Below, piece by piece: positions 11,418-19,628 of a stretch of DNA of 64,000 nucleotides. The DNA lies in assembly GCA_034408725.1 (NCBI GenBank), contig JAWXCN010000032.1, forward strand, positions 1-64,000. The letters run 5' to 3'. The notes under the pieces were generated by a model. It worked only from the letters and a program-made list of their open reading frames with translations, searched no databases and was not told the DNA's origin. Position 1 is the first letter of the stretch. Each line of letters starts with the position of its first letter. Made by a program: the position numbers and the translations under genes. The stretch comes from Candidatus Hydrogenedentota bacterium (GTDB lineage: Bacteria > Hydrogenedentota > Hydrogenedentia > Hydrogenedentales > SLHB01).

Positions 11418-11520
11418 TCGATCCAACCCGCGTGAAACTTGGAGCATCCAACAAAAGTCCGTCGTTTCTATCCCGAAACGGATTGTGGCGCGCAACCACA
11501 ATAGCGTCATTCGGAATCCG

Positions 11521-13056
11521 TCACACTGTACCCAGCGCCTGCTCGAATCGACTGATCAAGTCACCGGGCTCTTCGATCCCCACCGATATACGCACCAAAT
11601 ACGGCGATACACCGAGCGATTCGACCCAGTCTAGCTCCTCGAAGTGGGCCAGCAGTGTGTAGGGACATGCGAGTGTGTAATTCGTGCCGAGGCTGGGTCC
11701 TTTCGACACGCGCAATGCATCATAAAACTTTGGCGCGGCGGTCTCGCCGTCTTTCAATACGACCGAAAACATTCCCCCGTAACCCGCGCCGGGCCGGCAC
11801 GCCGCGTGGTATTCGTTGGTGCATTCATATTTCGGGTAGTACACGCGCTGAATCTTGGGGTGCGTATGCAGATAGTCACAAAGGTGTTCGGCGTTGGCGT
11901 TCATGCGCCGCATGCGCGCTTCAAAATCGCGTGAGTTGCGTTCGAGCACGGCTGCATCCTGTTCCCACAGCCGGTCTTCATATACTGCGTCATGCTGTTG
12001 TTTCAAAGCGCCGAACAACGGCGATTGCGCATTGAGAACAACGGAACCCGCCATGACATCGCCGACACCCGAGAAATACTTGGTGAGACTGCTCACGATC
12101 ATGTCCGCGTACGGCCGCAGGTCGAGATTCAAAAACGAGCCGAGCGTTTCATCCACCACCAGCGGCACGTTATGCTTGCGCAACAGCGCGGACAACCGTT
12201 GCAGGTCCGTGGACTGGAGCAGGGGGTTGCGCGGATGCTCGCAAAACACCGCCGCGATTGGGCCGTTCTCGAGCTGCCACGTCAGTGCGTCGAAACGTTC
12301 GCCCGTGACATCCGGGTAGAAGTCGCCGCGCGGGCCCCACTTGGTTTGTATACGCAACAGATCGACATATGGCAATCCGATCTGTATCGTCTTCGCGTCA
12401 GGCTTTAACGCGCGCACCGTTTGCAGCGACCCGCTGAGCGCGGCCATACCGGATGCGTACAGGTAAACATCTTCCGGCCCGGCGTCCGTTAGTCCCGCGA
12501 TGCGTAGCCGCAACGTTTTCTTGGCTTCCGTTTCGCCATAACTGCCGCCGCGCTTCTCCAACGTGTCTTGCGCAAGCCGCGAGCTGACGATATCGCCATA
12601 GTGCTGCCAAAACTGTTTGGCCGTGGCAAACGCCTGCTCCGGAAACAGCACGACATGAATGTCGTTTTCACCATATTCTTCGACTCGCGCGGGGAACTGC
12701 TGCGTATCGTGGAGGAACCGCGCGCAACGCTCGGCAATCCTGCGCGAGGGCACCGCAACACAAAGCTCGCCGTCTCGCGCAAAGCGTCTGCGGCACACAT
12801 GGAACAATTCGTTTACGAGCGGATTAAATACGAACCGCGGATAGCCGCAGCGCAATTGCTCAAGCAGCGCGGGATCGCCTTGCTCATAGCGAACAACGTG
12901 CTCCCACAGCGGCATCGCAACCGACGCCGCATGCGGCGAATCCGGTATGGGCTTACCGACATCCGCCGCGCGCCACAATGGGTTGGCGAGCAATATCTCG
13001 TCCGGGTTTTGCGCGGGTATTCCCGAATCGCTTTCGTTTGGAATCGTGTGTGGCAT
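11521..13056 (-). CDS. PLP-dependent transsulfuration enzyme (cystathionine gamma-synthase-like, long form)
   Basis: SGMAA, EHPRNPLL, VVDET, SLTKYFSG (PLP Lys), GPSLGTN.TL, RISVGIE; N-terminal GKPIP..PHA.SV.MP.W...GYPRF extension. Confidence 0.85.
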   Translation of the reverse strand: MPHTIPNESDSGIPAQNPDEILLANPLWRAADVGKPIPDSPHAASVAMPLWEHVVRYEQGDPALLEQLRCGYPRFVFNPLVNELFHVCRRRFARDGELCVAVPSRRIAERCARFLHDTQQFPARVEEYGENDIHVVLFPEQAFATAKQFWQHYGDIVSSRLAQDTLEKRGGSYGETEAKKTLRLRIAGLTDAGPEDVYLYASGMAALSGSLQTVRALKPDAKTIQIGLPYVDLLRIQTKWGPRGDFYPDVTGERFDALTWQLENGPIAAVFCEHPRNPLLQSTDLQRLSALLRKHNVPLVVDETLGSFLNLDLRPYADMIVSSLTKYFSGVGDVMAGSVVLNAQSPLFGALKQQHDAVYEDRLWEQDAAVLERNSRDFEARMRRMNANAEHLCDYLHTHPKIQRVYYPKYECTNEYHAACRPGAGYGGMFSVVLKDGETAAPKFYDALRVSKGPSLGTNYTLACPYTLLAHFEELDWVESLGVSPYLVRISVGIEEPGDLISRFEQALGTV

Positions 13057-13159
13057 GTGCTTTCTATCAGGCTTTATGCCTATATCAGGCGTTATGCGCA
13101 GCCTGCGGCTGCTATTACTCTGTAATGGCCGGGGCTGCGATTGCAATATGTTCCTCGTC

Positions 13160-13193
13160 AAAAGCAAGAAGCGGGCCTCGTGAGACCCGCTCC
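13160..13193 (-). terminator. Intrinsic terminator after hppA
   Basis: Minus strand GGAGCGGGTCTCACGAGGCCCGCTTCTTGCTTTT. Confidence 0.6.
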
Positions 13194-13214
13194 CTGTACT
13201 CCATTGTTTATCCG

Positions 13215-15257
13215 TCAGTGTGAAAACAAGGGCGCCAGCACCAGCGAAATCACACTCATCAGCTTGATCAAAATGTTGATCGACGGGCCAACCGTATCCT
13301 TCAACGGGTCGCCGACCGTATCGCCGACAACGGCGGCTTTGTGCGCGTCTGAACCTTTACCGCCGTAGTGGCCGTCTTCGATGTATTTCTTGGCGTTGTC
13401 CATGGCGCCGCCGGAATTCGCCGTCTGAATGCCGAGCATAACGCCCGTGCAGATAGCGCCCACCAGCATTCCCGCGAGCGCTTCCGCGCCCAAAGCGAAA
13501 CCGACGACGATCGGAAGCAGGATCGCCGTCATGCCCGGCACGATCATCCCGTGAATGGCGCCCTGAGTTGCGATGTCCACGCATTTTGCGCTATCTGGAT
13601 AGACGCCTTCCTTGCCTTCTTTTAGGCCGGGGATTTCCGCGAACTGCCGCCGCACTTCGCCAATCATCGCGAATGCGCTCTTTCCGACCGCGCGGAACAG
13701 CATGGACGAAAAGAAGAAGGGGACCATTCCTCCGATCAATATTCCGCTCAGAATATAAGGGTTGGAAAGCATGATCTCTTCCGGAGTCATTTTGGAAGAC
13801 AAGAGGAACGCCGCGAGCAGTCCGATCGCCGCAAATGCCGCCGAACCGATGGCAAACCCCTTGCCGATTGCCGCCGTGGTGTTGCCGACGGCGTCGAGAT
13901 TGTCGGTAATTTTGCGCACGCTTGGGTCGAGCCCGCTCATTTCCGCGATACCGCCCGCGTTGTCTGCGATGGGGCCATAGGAATCCACGGCGACAACGAT
14001 ACCCGTCGTAGCCAGCATGCCGAGCGCGGCGATGGCGACGCCGTATACGCCGGCGACGTCATATGCGAAGACGTTGGCAAGCGCGAGCACGATGATCGGA
14101 ATGGCGACACTTTGCATGCCGATCGCGGTGCCCTCCGTTACAGTGATCGCAGGGCCCATTTGACACCCTTCGGCGAGCCGCTTGACGGGTTTGTAATCGC
14201 TGGAGGTGAAGTATTCGCTCACGAACCCGACTATGGTTCCCGCACCAATGCCTAACATGCAGGCAAACAGGGGGCCATATTGTCCATAGGTTACACCGGC
14301 GAGCGTGAAAGCCTGACCATAGAAGTGCGCATAAGCGGTGATCCCCGCGAGAGTCAGGAGCGCTGCGACGTAAGTGCCGAACATGAGAGCTTTTCGTGGA
14401 TTGCTTGATGCGAAAATCTTTGTGTACATAATGCCGATAATTGACGAAACGGCGCCCACTGACGCAACGATGAATGGGAATGCGCGCACGTATTCCGGGG
14501 CGGTAGTCATTGTGGCCGCAATGGCCAGCGCGGCAATGATTGAGGCCACGTAAGATTCGAGCAAGTCCGCGCCGAGGCCCGCAACATCGCCGACGTTATC
14601 ACCGACGTTATCGGCAATTACAGCGGGGTTTCGCGGATCATCTTCCGGAATTCCAGCTTCCACTTTTCCAACGAGGTCCGCGCCCATATCGGCGCCTTTG
14701 GTGTAAATGCCGCCACCGGAGCGCGCGAACAGGGCCACGAGGGACGCGCCCATGGCATAGCCATTGACTATTTGCGACTCGCCGTTAAAGTACCAGTACA
14801 CGATAATGAGCCCAAGAAGGCTGATTCCGACAACGCCCATGCCCATCACGGCGCCGCCGCTGAGCGCAATGTCCAAAGCCGCCTTTACGCCGCCGGTGCG
14901 CGCTGCTTCACAGGTGCGAGCGTTCGAGCGGGTGGCGATGTACATTCCGAGAAAGCCTGCGAGCGTGCTTGCAAGCGCGCCGGTCCAGAAAGCGAATGTC
15001 GTTCTCTTTCCCAACGGAAGATCGGGGCGGCTTTCGCCGACGATCCAGATGAAGATTCCAAGCACGAGGACAGTGCCGAGAACATATTGGTACTCACGGC
15101 GCAAGAAGGCCCCCGCGCCTTTTTGAATGAGCGCCGAGATGTCGGCCATTTTCTCGGTGCCTTGCGGCTTGGAGAGCACATAGCTCGCCAGGTACGCCAC
15201 AAAGAGCAACGAGCAAAGGCTTGTAATACCCGTGATATCCAGAAATCCGATGTCCAT
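13215..15257 (-). CDS. hppA: Membrane-bound pyrophosphatase, K+-dependent, probably Na+-translocating
   Basis: GGGIYTKGADMGADLVGKVEAGIPEDDPRN, DNVGDNVGD, GNTTAA, GDTVGDPLKDTVGPS. Confidence 0.95.
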   Translation of the reverse strand: MDIGFLDITGITSLCSLLFVAYLASYVLSKPQGTEKMADISALIQKGAGAFLRREYQYVLGTVLVLGIFIWIVGESRPDLPLGKRTTFAFWTGALASTLAGFLGMYIATRSNARTCEAARTGGVKAALDIALSGGAVMGMGVVGISLLGLIIVYWYFNGESQIVNGYAMGASLVALFARSGGGIYTKGADMGADLVGKVEAGIPEDDPRNPAVIADNVGDNVGDVAGLGADLLESYVASIIAALAIAATMTTAPEYVRAFPFIVASVGAVSSIIGIMYTKIFASSNPRKALMFGTYVAALLTLAGITAYAHFYGQAFTLAGVTYGQYGPLFACMLGIGAGTIVGFVSEYFTSSDYKPVKRLAEGCQMGPAITVTEGTAIGMQSVAIPIIVLALANVFAYDVAGVYGVAIAALGMLATTGIVVAVDSYGPIADNAGGIAEMSGLDPSVRKITDNLDAVGNTTAAIGKGFAIGSAAFAAIGLLAAFLLSSKMTPEEIMLSNPYILSGILIGGMVPFFFSSMLFRAVGKSAFAMIGEVRRQFAEIPGLKEGKEGVYPDSAKCVDIATQGAIHGMIVPGMTAILLPIVVGFALGAEALAGMLVGAICTGVMLGIQTANSGGAMDNAKKYIEDGHYGGKGSDAHKAAVVGDTVGDPLKDTVGPSINILIKLMSVISLVLAPLFSH

Positions 15258-15308
15258 GCAAAGCTCCCTCACGGCCCTTGATGATTCGACTACCGGCCAT
15301 TCAGCCCA

Positions 15309-16025
15309 CTACGAGCGAATGACGCCCTCTCGAGTTAACGCAGCACGTGCGGCGTTCTGCTCTGCCTCCTTCTTGTTCAACCCTGAACCCCTACCGGCAG
15401 CAACTCCCCGAAGGATGACTTCCACCTCGAAAAGTTTTTGATGGTCAGGGCCGTCCGACCGAACCAATTCGAATCGAGGCAGCGGAATCTTTTCAGCCTG
15501 GCAATAGTGTTGCAAACGGGATTTATGGTCCCAGCCCGTGTCCGTGCGCGTCGCGTGTTCGAGTTCGGCGCGAAATACACTCACGACCAGCCGGTGCGTG
15601 GCATCCCAACCTCTTTCGACGTAAACCGTCCCAATGAGTGCTTCCAGACAATCCGCCAGCAAAGCGGACCGGTTTCGCCCCCCGGACATTTCCTCGCCCT
15701 TCCCCAAACGAATCACGGGAGCGATCTGGAGCCGCTCCGCGACTTGCGCGAGGCATTGTTGATTAACCAGGCTCGCGCGCATCCTGCTGTACTCACCCGG
15801 TGACCGGTCCGGCGCGTGCGCGAACAGATAATGCGCAACTGCCAGGCTCAACGCCGCGTCTCCCAGAAATTCCAAAGATTCATAATCGTACGAGGGGCCG
15901 CTCTGTTCGGACTGAATTGACGCATGCGTTAATGCGCGGTCAAGCAGTTCAATACTTTCCAGGCCCAGTTCCAGGCGTGTGGTCAGCGAACGTAACTCGA
16001 TTTCGCGCTCAGCGGATACCGTCAT
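15309..16025 (-). CDS. rnc: Ribonuclease III
   Basis: ALTH.S, YE.LEFLGDA, LADCLEALIG; dsRBD (GPDHQKLF, KKEAEQNAA). Confidence 0.95.
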   Translation of the reverse strand: MTVSAEREIELRSLTTRLELGLESIELLDRALTHASIQSEQSGPSYDYESLEFLGDAALSLAVAHYLFAHAPDRSPGEYSRMRASLVNQQCLAQVAERLQIAPVIRLGKGEEMSGGRNRSALLADCLEALIGTVYVERGWDATHRLVVSVFRAELEHATRTDTGWDHKSRLQHYCQAEKIPLPRFELVRSDGPDHQKLFEVEVILRGVAAGRGSGLNKKEAEQNAARAALTREGVIRS

Positions 16026-17247
16026 ATTGCCTAAACAAGAGTGATGCGTTGTGCCCGCCAAACCCTAGCGAATTGGACATTGCGATTGCAACCTTCGCTT
16101 CGCGGGCCTCGTTTGCAATGAGATTCACCATGCACTCGGGGTCAGGCGTTGCGTAGTTGATGTTCGGGGGAAGTACGCCATGCTCGATCGCAAGCAGGCA
16201 GATAATTGCTTCGACGGCCCCGGCGGCGCCGAGCAGATGCCCGATCATGGATTTTGTCGAGCTCACGGGAGGCATTTCCTCGCCAAAAATCGTGCGCAGC
16301 GCAAGCGATTCGCTCGCGTCATTGTGTTTCGTGCTGGTCCCGTGCGCGTTGAAATAGCCTACTTCGGATGCGTCAATTTTCGCATCGGCCAGCGCAGCGC
16401 GCATTGCCCCCGCGGCCCCGGACCCGTCCGGCCGGGGCGCGGTAATGTGATAGGCGTCGCACGTTTCGCCGGAACCCGCGATCACGCCGAGGATATTCGC
16501 GCCCCGCTTGCGCGCGTGCTCTTCCGATTCGAGTACAAGCACGCCCGCGCCTTCCCCCATGATGAACCCGTCGCGATTCAAATCAAATGGCCGGCTTGCA
16601 TGTTTCGGGTCCTGGTTGTTGCGCGACATGGCCTTCATCGCGCAAAAGCCTGCCATGGCAAAGGGCGTAATCGATGCTTCCGCTCCGCCGCAGACCATTA
16701 CGTCCGTAATGCCGGATTGAATCGTCCGCGCGGCTTCGCTGATGCTTTGTGCGCCTGTCGCGCACGCAGTCACAATGGATTTGTTTGGCCCGCGCAATCC
16801 AAGCCGGATGGCGACTTCGCCCGCGCCGATGTTGGCGATCAATTTTGGAATCGTTAGCGGGGACAGCGCGCGATAGCCGCCGCTCATGAACTTTTCGTGA
16901 CTCTCTTCCAGTGTTTGGATTCCCCCGATACCGCTGCCTACGATTGTGCCGCAACGTTCCGGATTCTCGGCGTTGATATCCAACCCGGAATTGTTCCATG
17001 CCTGTTCCGACGCGTACATCGCATAGATTGCATACAGGTCGCGCCGTCGCAGGTCCTTGGCTGACATGCCGGCCAACTCGACCGGAGGCGCGAGGCCGGC
17101 GATCTGCGTCGGCAACGCGGCGGGATCCCAGCGGGTAATTGTGTTCACGCACGACGTGCCCTCGCAGATATTTTTCCAAAATGTTGGGACATCATTGCCC
17201 GCCGGCGACACGACTCCCATTCCCGTAACGACAACAGTGGTTTGCAT
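16009..17247 (-). CDS. fabF: 3-oxoacyl-ACP synthase II
   Basis: VVVTGMG, TACATG, AHGTST, KSMIGHLLGAAG, SNSLGFGGHN. Confidence 0.95.
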   Translation of the reverse strand: MQTTVVVTGMGVVSPAGNDVPTFWKNICEGTSCVNTITRWDPAALPTQIAGLAPPVELAGMSAKDLRRRDLYAIYAMYASEQAWNNSGLDINAENPERCGTIVGSGIGGIQTLEESHEKFMSGGYRALSPLTIPKLIANIGAGEVAIRLGLRGPNKSIVTACATGAQSISEAARTIQSGITDVMVCGGAEASITPFAMAGFCAMKAMSRNNQDPKHASRPFDLNRDGFIMGEGAGVLVLESEEHARKRGANILGVIAGSGETCDAYHITAPRPDGSGAAGAMRAALADAKIDASEVGYFNAHGTSTKHNDASESLALRTIFGEEMPPVSSTKSMIGHLLGAAGAVEAIICLLAIEHGVLPPNINYATPDPECMVNLIANEAREAKVAIAMSNSLGFGGHNASLLFRQYDGIR

Positions 17248-17260
17248 GACATTTCCTGAT

Positions 17261-17305
17261 AAAACGAAACACCCAGCCGGCGGCGATTGTGCCACGGGCT
17301 GGGTG
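17261..17305 (-). terminator. Hairpin/terminator between acpP and fabF
   Basis: Minus strand CACCCAGCC...GGCTGGGTG followed by TTTCGTTTT. Confidence 0.55.
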
Positions 17306-17357
17306 CGTCGAGCAAAGTGCGTATACCAACGCGCCAAATATCCGGCGCGGAAGAATC

Positions 17358-17594
17358 CTATTGAAGCTTCGTCTCGATATACTTGACCGCGTCGCCGACG
17401 GTCTGGATTTCATTTGCTTCGTCGTCGATCTCGATGTTGTATTCCTCCTCGAGGGCCATCAACAATTCGGTGAGATCGAGCGAGTCCGCTCCCAGGTCGT
17501 CAATAAAGCGCGCTTCAAGCGTCACTTCCTCGGGCTTGCGATCCAGCTTTTCGACTACGATCTTTTTCACCATCTCCGCGACGTTGTTCGCCAT
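17358..17594 (-). CDS. acpP: Acyl carrier protein
   Basis: DLGADSLD...LEEE; 78 aa, acidic. Confidence 0.97.
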   Translation of the reverse strand: MANNVAEMVKKIVVEKLDRKPEEVTLEARFIDDLGADSLDLTELLMALEEEYNIEIDDEANEIQTVGDAVKYIETKLQ

Positions 17595-17916
17595 TCCGCA
17601 TCACCTCCATTTCGGCGTAGTATTCCCGTGACATGTATAGACTGCCGCGAGTGGGCGGGAGTATACCAAAGGTGGGAAACCCATTGCCAATCCCATGTTT
17701 GGACGTTGCAAGCGGGAGCGAGATCGTGCTGATACCCAAGCGACAGCACGGTTCTACCTACTTACTATTTCACCTACTGCGTTGCACCAATGTCCGGGTT
17801 GGCTGGAAATTAATTCAAGGGGTATTGATGGAAATGCGCAGTATGGTCTTAATTGTGTCAAGCATTGCAGGCTTACGCTGTGTTTTACGTGTCTGCCGGG
17901 TCTATCGGAGCGGTCG

Positions 17917-17950
17917 TGGACAAAGTGGACTTCGTGGACGTAGTGGACGA
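17917..17950. repeat. GTGGAC x4 with 9-bp period
   Basis: GTGGACAAA GTGGACTTC GTGGACGTA GTGGACGAA; reverse-complement array (GTCCAC x3) near 51641-51664. Confidence 0.6.
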
Positions 17951-17999
17951 ATCAACCGAGGCAACCGTAGGTTATGATGCGACGCAGCATTGCAAAAAC

Positions 18000-18027
18000 T
18001 GAACCGCGCGGGTGGGTATGACGTATT
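18000..18027 (+). promoter_or_regulatory. Candidate ECF-sigma promoter TGAACC-N16-CGTATT
   Basis: Fits the general ECF AAC/CGT consensus; identical hexamers recur at 19547-19573. Confidence 0.5.
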
Positions 18028-18623
18028 CTACACGTGAGAATGATGCGACGGAGAGCGACGAGGCGTTGATGGCGGCGGTATGCGACGACGCGCCGGGCGC
18101 ATTCGATCGGCTGGTGCGGCGGTATGAGTCGCCGTTGTTCAACTATGCGTGTCGCTTGTTGGAGGATCGCGTCGAGGCGCAGGACGTGTTTCAGGAGGCG
18201 TTTTTGCGGGTTTATCAACATCGCGCGCGATACCGGCGGGGCGCATTGGTTCGGCCGTGGGTGTACCGGATTGCGACAAACCTGTGCCGGGACCGGTTGC
18301 GCGCGCGCCGTCGCCGGCGGAATGCGTCGTTCGACGCGCCTGTGTCGGGTGTTGCGGGTTCGCAATCGTTTGCGGAGACGCTCGCGGATGTGCATCCCAA
18401 ACCGGACGCGATCGCGCGTGCTAACGAAGTAGAGCAGCGCTTGCGCACGGCTATACGGAAGTTGCCGGTGAAACAGCAGACGGTGTTTCTGATGGCGCGG
18501 TATCAGGACATGCCCTATGGTGAAATCGCGCGTGCGTTGTTTATTCCGGTGGGTACGGTGAAGTCACGGATGAACAAGGCGGTTACTTTCTTAATGGACG
18601 AGATGAAGGACTTTCTGCCATGA
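18018..18623 (+). CDS. ECF sigma factor (start uncertain: 18012, 18018 or 18069)
   Basis: SDEALM, AQDVFQEAFLRV, WVYRIATN, EIA..L.IPVGTVKSRM. Confidence 0.92.
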   Translation: MTYSTRENDATESDEALMAAVCDDAPGAFDRLVRRYESPLFNYACRLLEDRVEAQDVFQEAFLRVYQHRARYRRGALVRPWVYRIATNLCRDRLRARRRRRNASFDAPVSGVAGSQSFAETLADVHPKPDAIARANEVEQRLRTAIRKLPVKQQTVFLMARYQDMPYGEIARALFIPVGTVKSRMNKAVTFLMDEMKDFLP

Positions 18624-19549
18624 CGCCGCGGGATGCTAAAGCCCTTCGCCTGCTTCGCGGGTATTTGCTCGGGACTTTGTCGCAGGGAGATCACGCGGAA
18701 GTAGAGCGGCTGATTGCGCAATCCGATGAATGGCGGGTGGCGTTGGAATCGGAGCGACAGGCAATAGCACTGTTGGATGGTTTGCCGCATGACGAGCCGC
18801 CGCCGGGGCTTGCCGCATCGGTCGTTGCCGCCGCGATGGAAGGTGATCGCGCGGTTCCGCGGGCGCTGTATGCGCGGCGGCAGTGGATCGCCGTAATCGC
18901 AACAGCGTGTGTTGTCGCAGTAATTGGCGCGGTAGCTTTGCCGTGGCTTTCGCGTGCCCGGGAGGCGGCGCGACGCGCGAGCAACGCGAATAATCTTAAG
19001 CAGTTGGGGATCGTCTTCAAGATGTACGCAAGTGAATCAAGAGACATGTATCCCCCGATTGCGTCGTATGTGGACGTGTGGATGTTCGATCTGCGTGCTG
19101 TATACCCAAAGTATTTAACGGATCTTTCCGTTTTGGTGAACCCATCCCTCCCGGATGCGGAAGAAATGGTGGAACAATTGAATGCTTTCGCGGCAAAAGA
19201 GCCTATTGATTGGGAAGCGATGACGCGCATTGCGGCACGGAGTTATACGTACACGGGTTGGATGATTAAGGACCCCTCCGAATTCACGAAACTTGCCGAT
19301 GCGCGAAGAAGCGTGGGTAACGCACAACTGGATAGTGACATTCAGGTTGACGGGAAACGATTCGTCAGGCTTCGGGAGGGTGTCGAGCGGTTCCTGATCA
19401 CCGATATTAACGATCCGACGCGCACGTCTGCCTCGCGATCAGATGTGCCGATCCTGTTCACTACATCGCCGCTGGATAACCGGTCGGGCCTCACTTTATA
19501 TATGGACGGCCATGTGGACGCTGAAAATTTTCCGCCAATTGTAGAATGA
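18620..19549 (+). CDS. Anti-sigma-like N-terminal domain + TM + DUF1559-like domain
   Basis: ATGA overlap with sigma stop; N-terminal L.GYL.G.L......VE..I...EPPPGL; TM; RAREAARRASNANNLKQLG..FKMYA; LYMDGHV. Confidence 0.75.
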   Translation: MTPRDAKALRLLRGYLLGTLSQGDHAEVERLIAQSDEWRVALESERQAIALLDGLPHDEPPPGLAASVVAAAMEGDRAVPRALYARRQWIAVIATACVVAVIGAVALPWLSRAREAARRASNANNLKQLGIVFKMYASESRDMYPPIASYVDVWMFDLRAVYPKYLTDLSVLVNPSLPDAEEMVEQLNAFAAKEPIDWEAMTRIAARSYTYTGWMIKDPSEFTKLADARRSVGNAQLDSDIQVDGKRFVRLREGVERFLITDINDPTRTSASRSDVPILFTTSPLDNRSGLTLYMDGHVDAENFPPIVE

Positions 19550-19573
19550 ACCTTTCTCCTCCGACGGCGTATT
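19547..19573 (+). promoter_or_regulatory. Second candidate ECF promoter TGAACC-N15-CGTATT
   Basis: Same hexamers as 18000-18027, upstream of ATG 19629. Confidence 0.5.
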
Positions 19574-19628
19574 GAGCTACGCCGGCGGACACACAGCCCG
19601 CCGGAACGACAGCCGGGAGGGCCCTCCG

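Noticed and set aside
13057-13160. SAM riboswitch upstream of the PLP enzyme
   Set aside because: No SAM-I/II consensus recognisable and the leader is short; only a direct repeat is seen
17633-17977. 114-aa ORF between acpP and the ECF gene
   Set aside because: No recognisable motif; overlaps promoter regions and GTGGAC repeats
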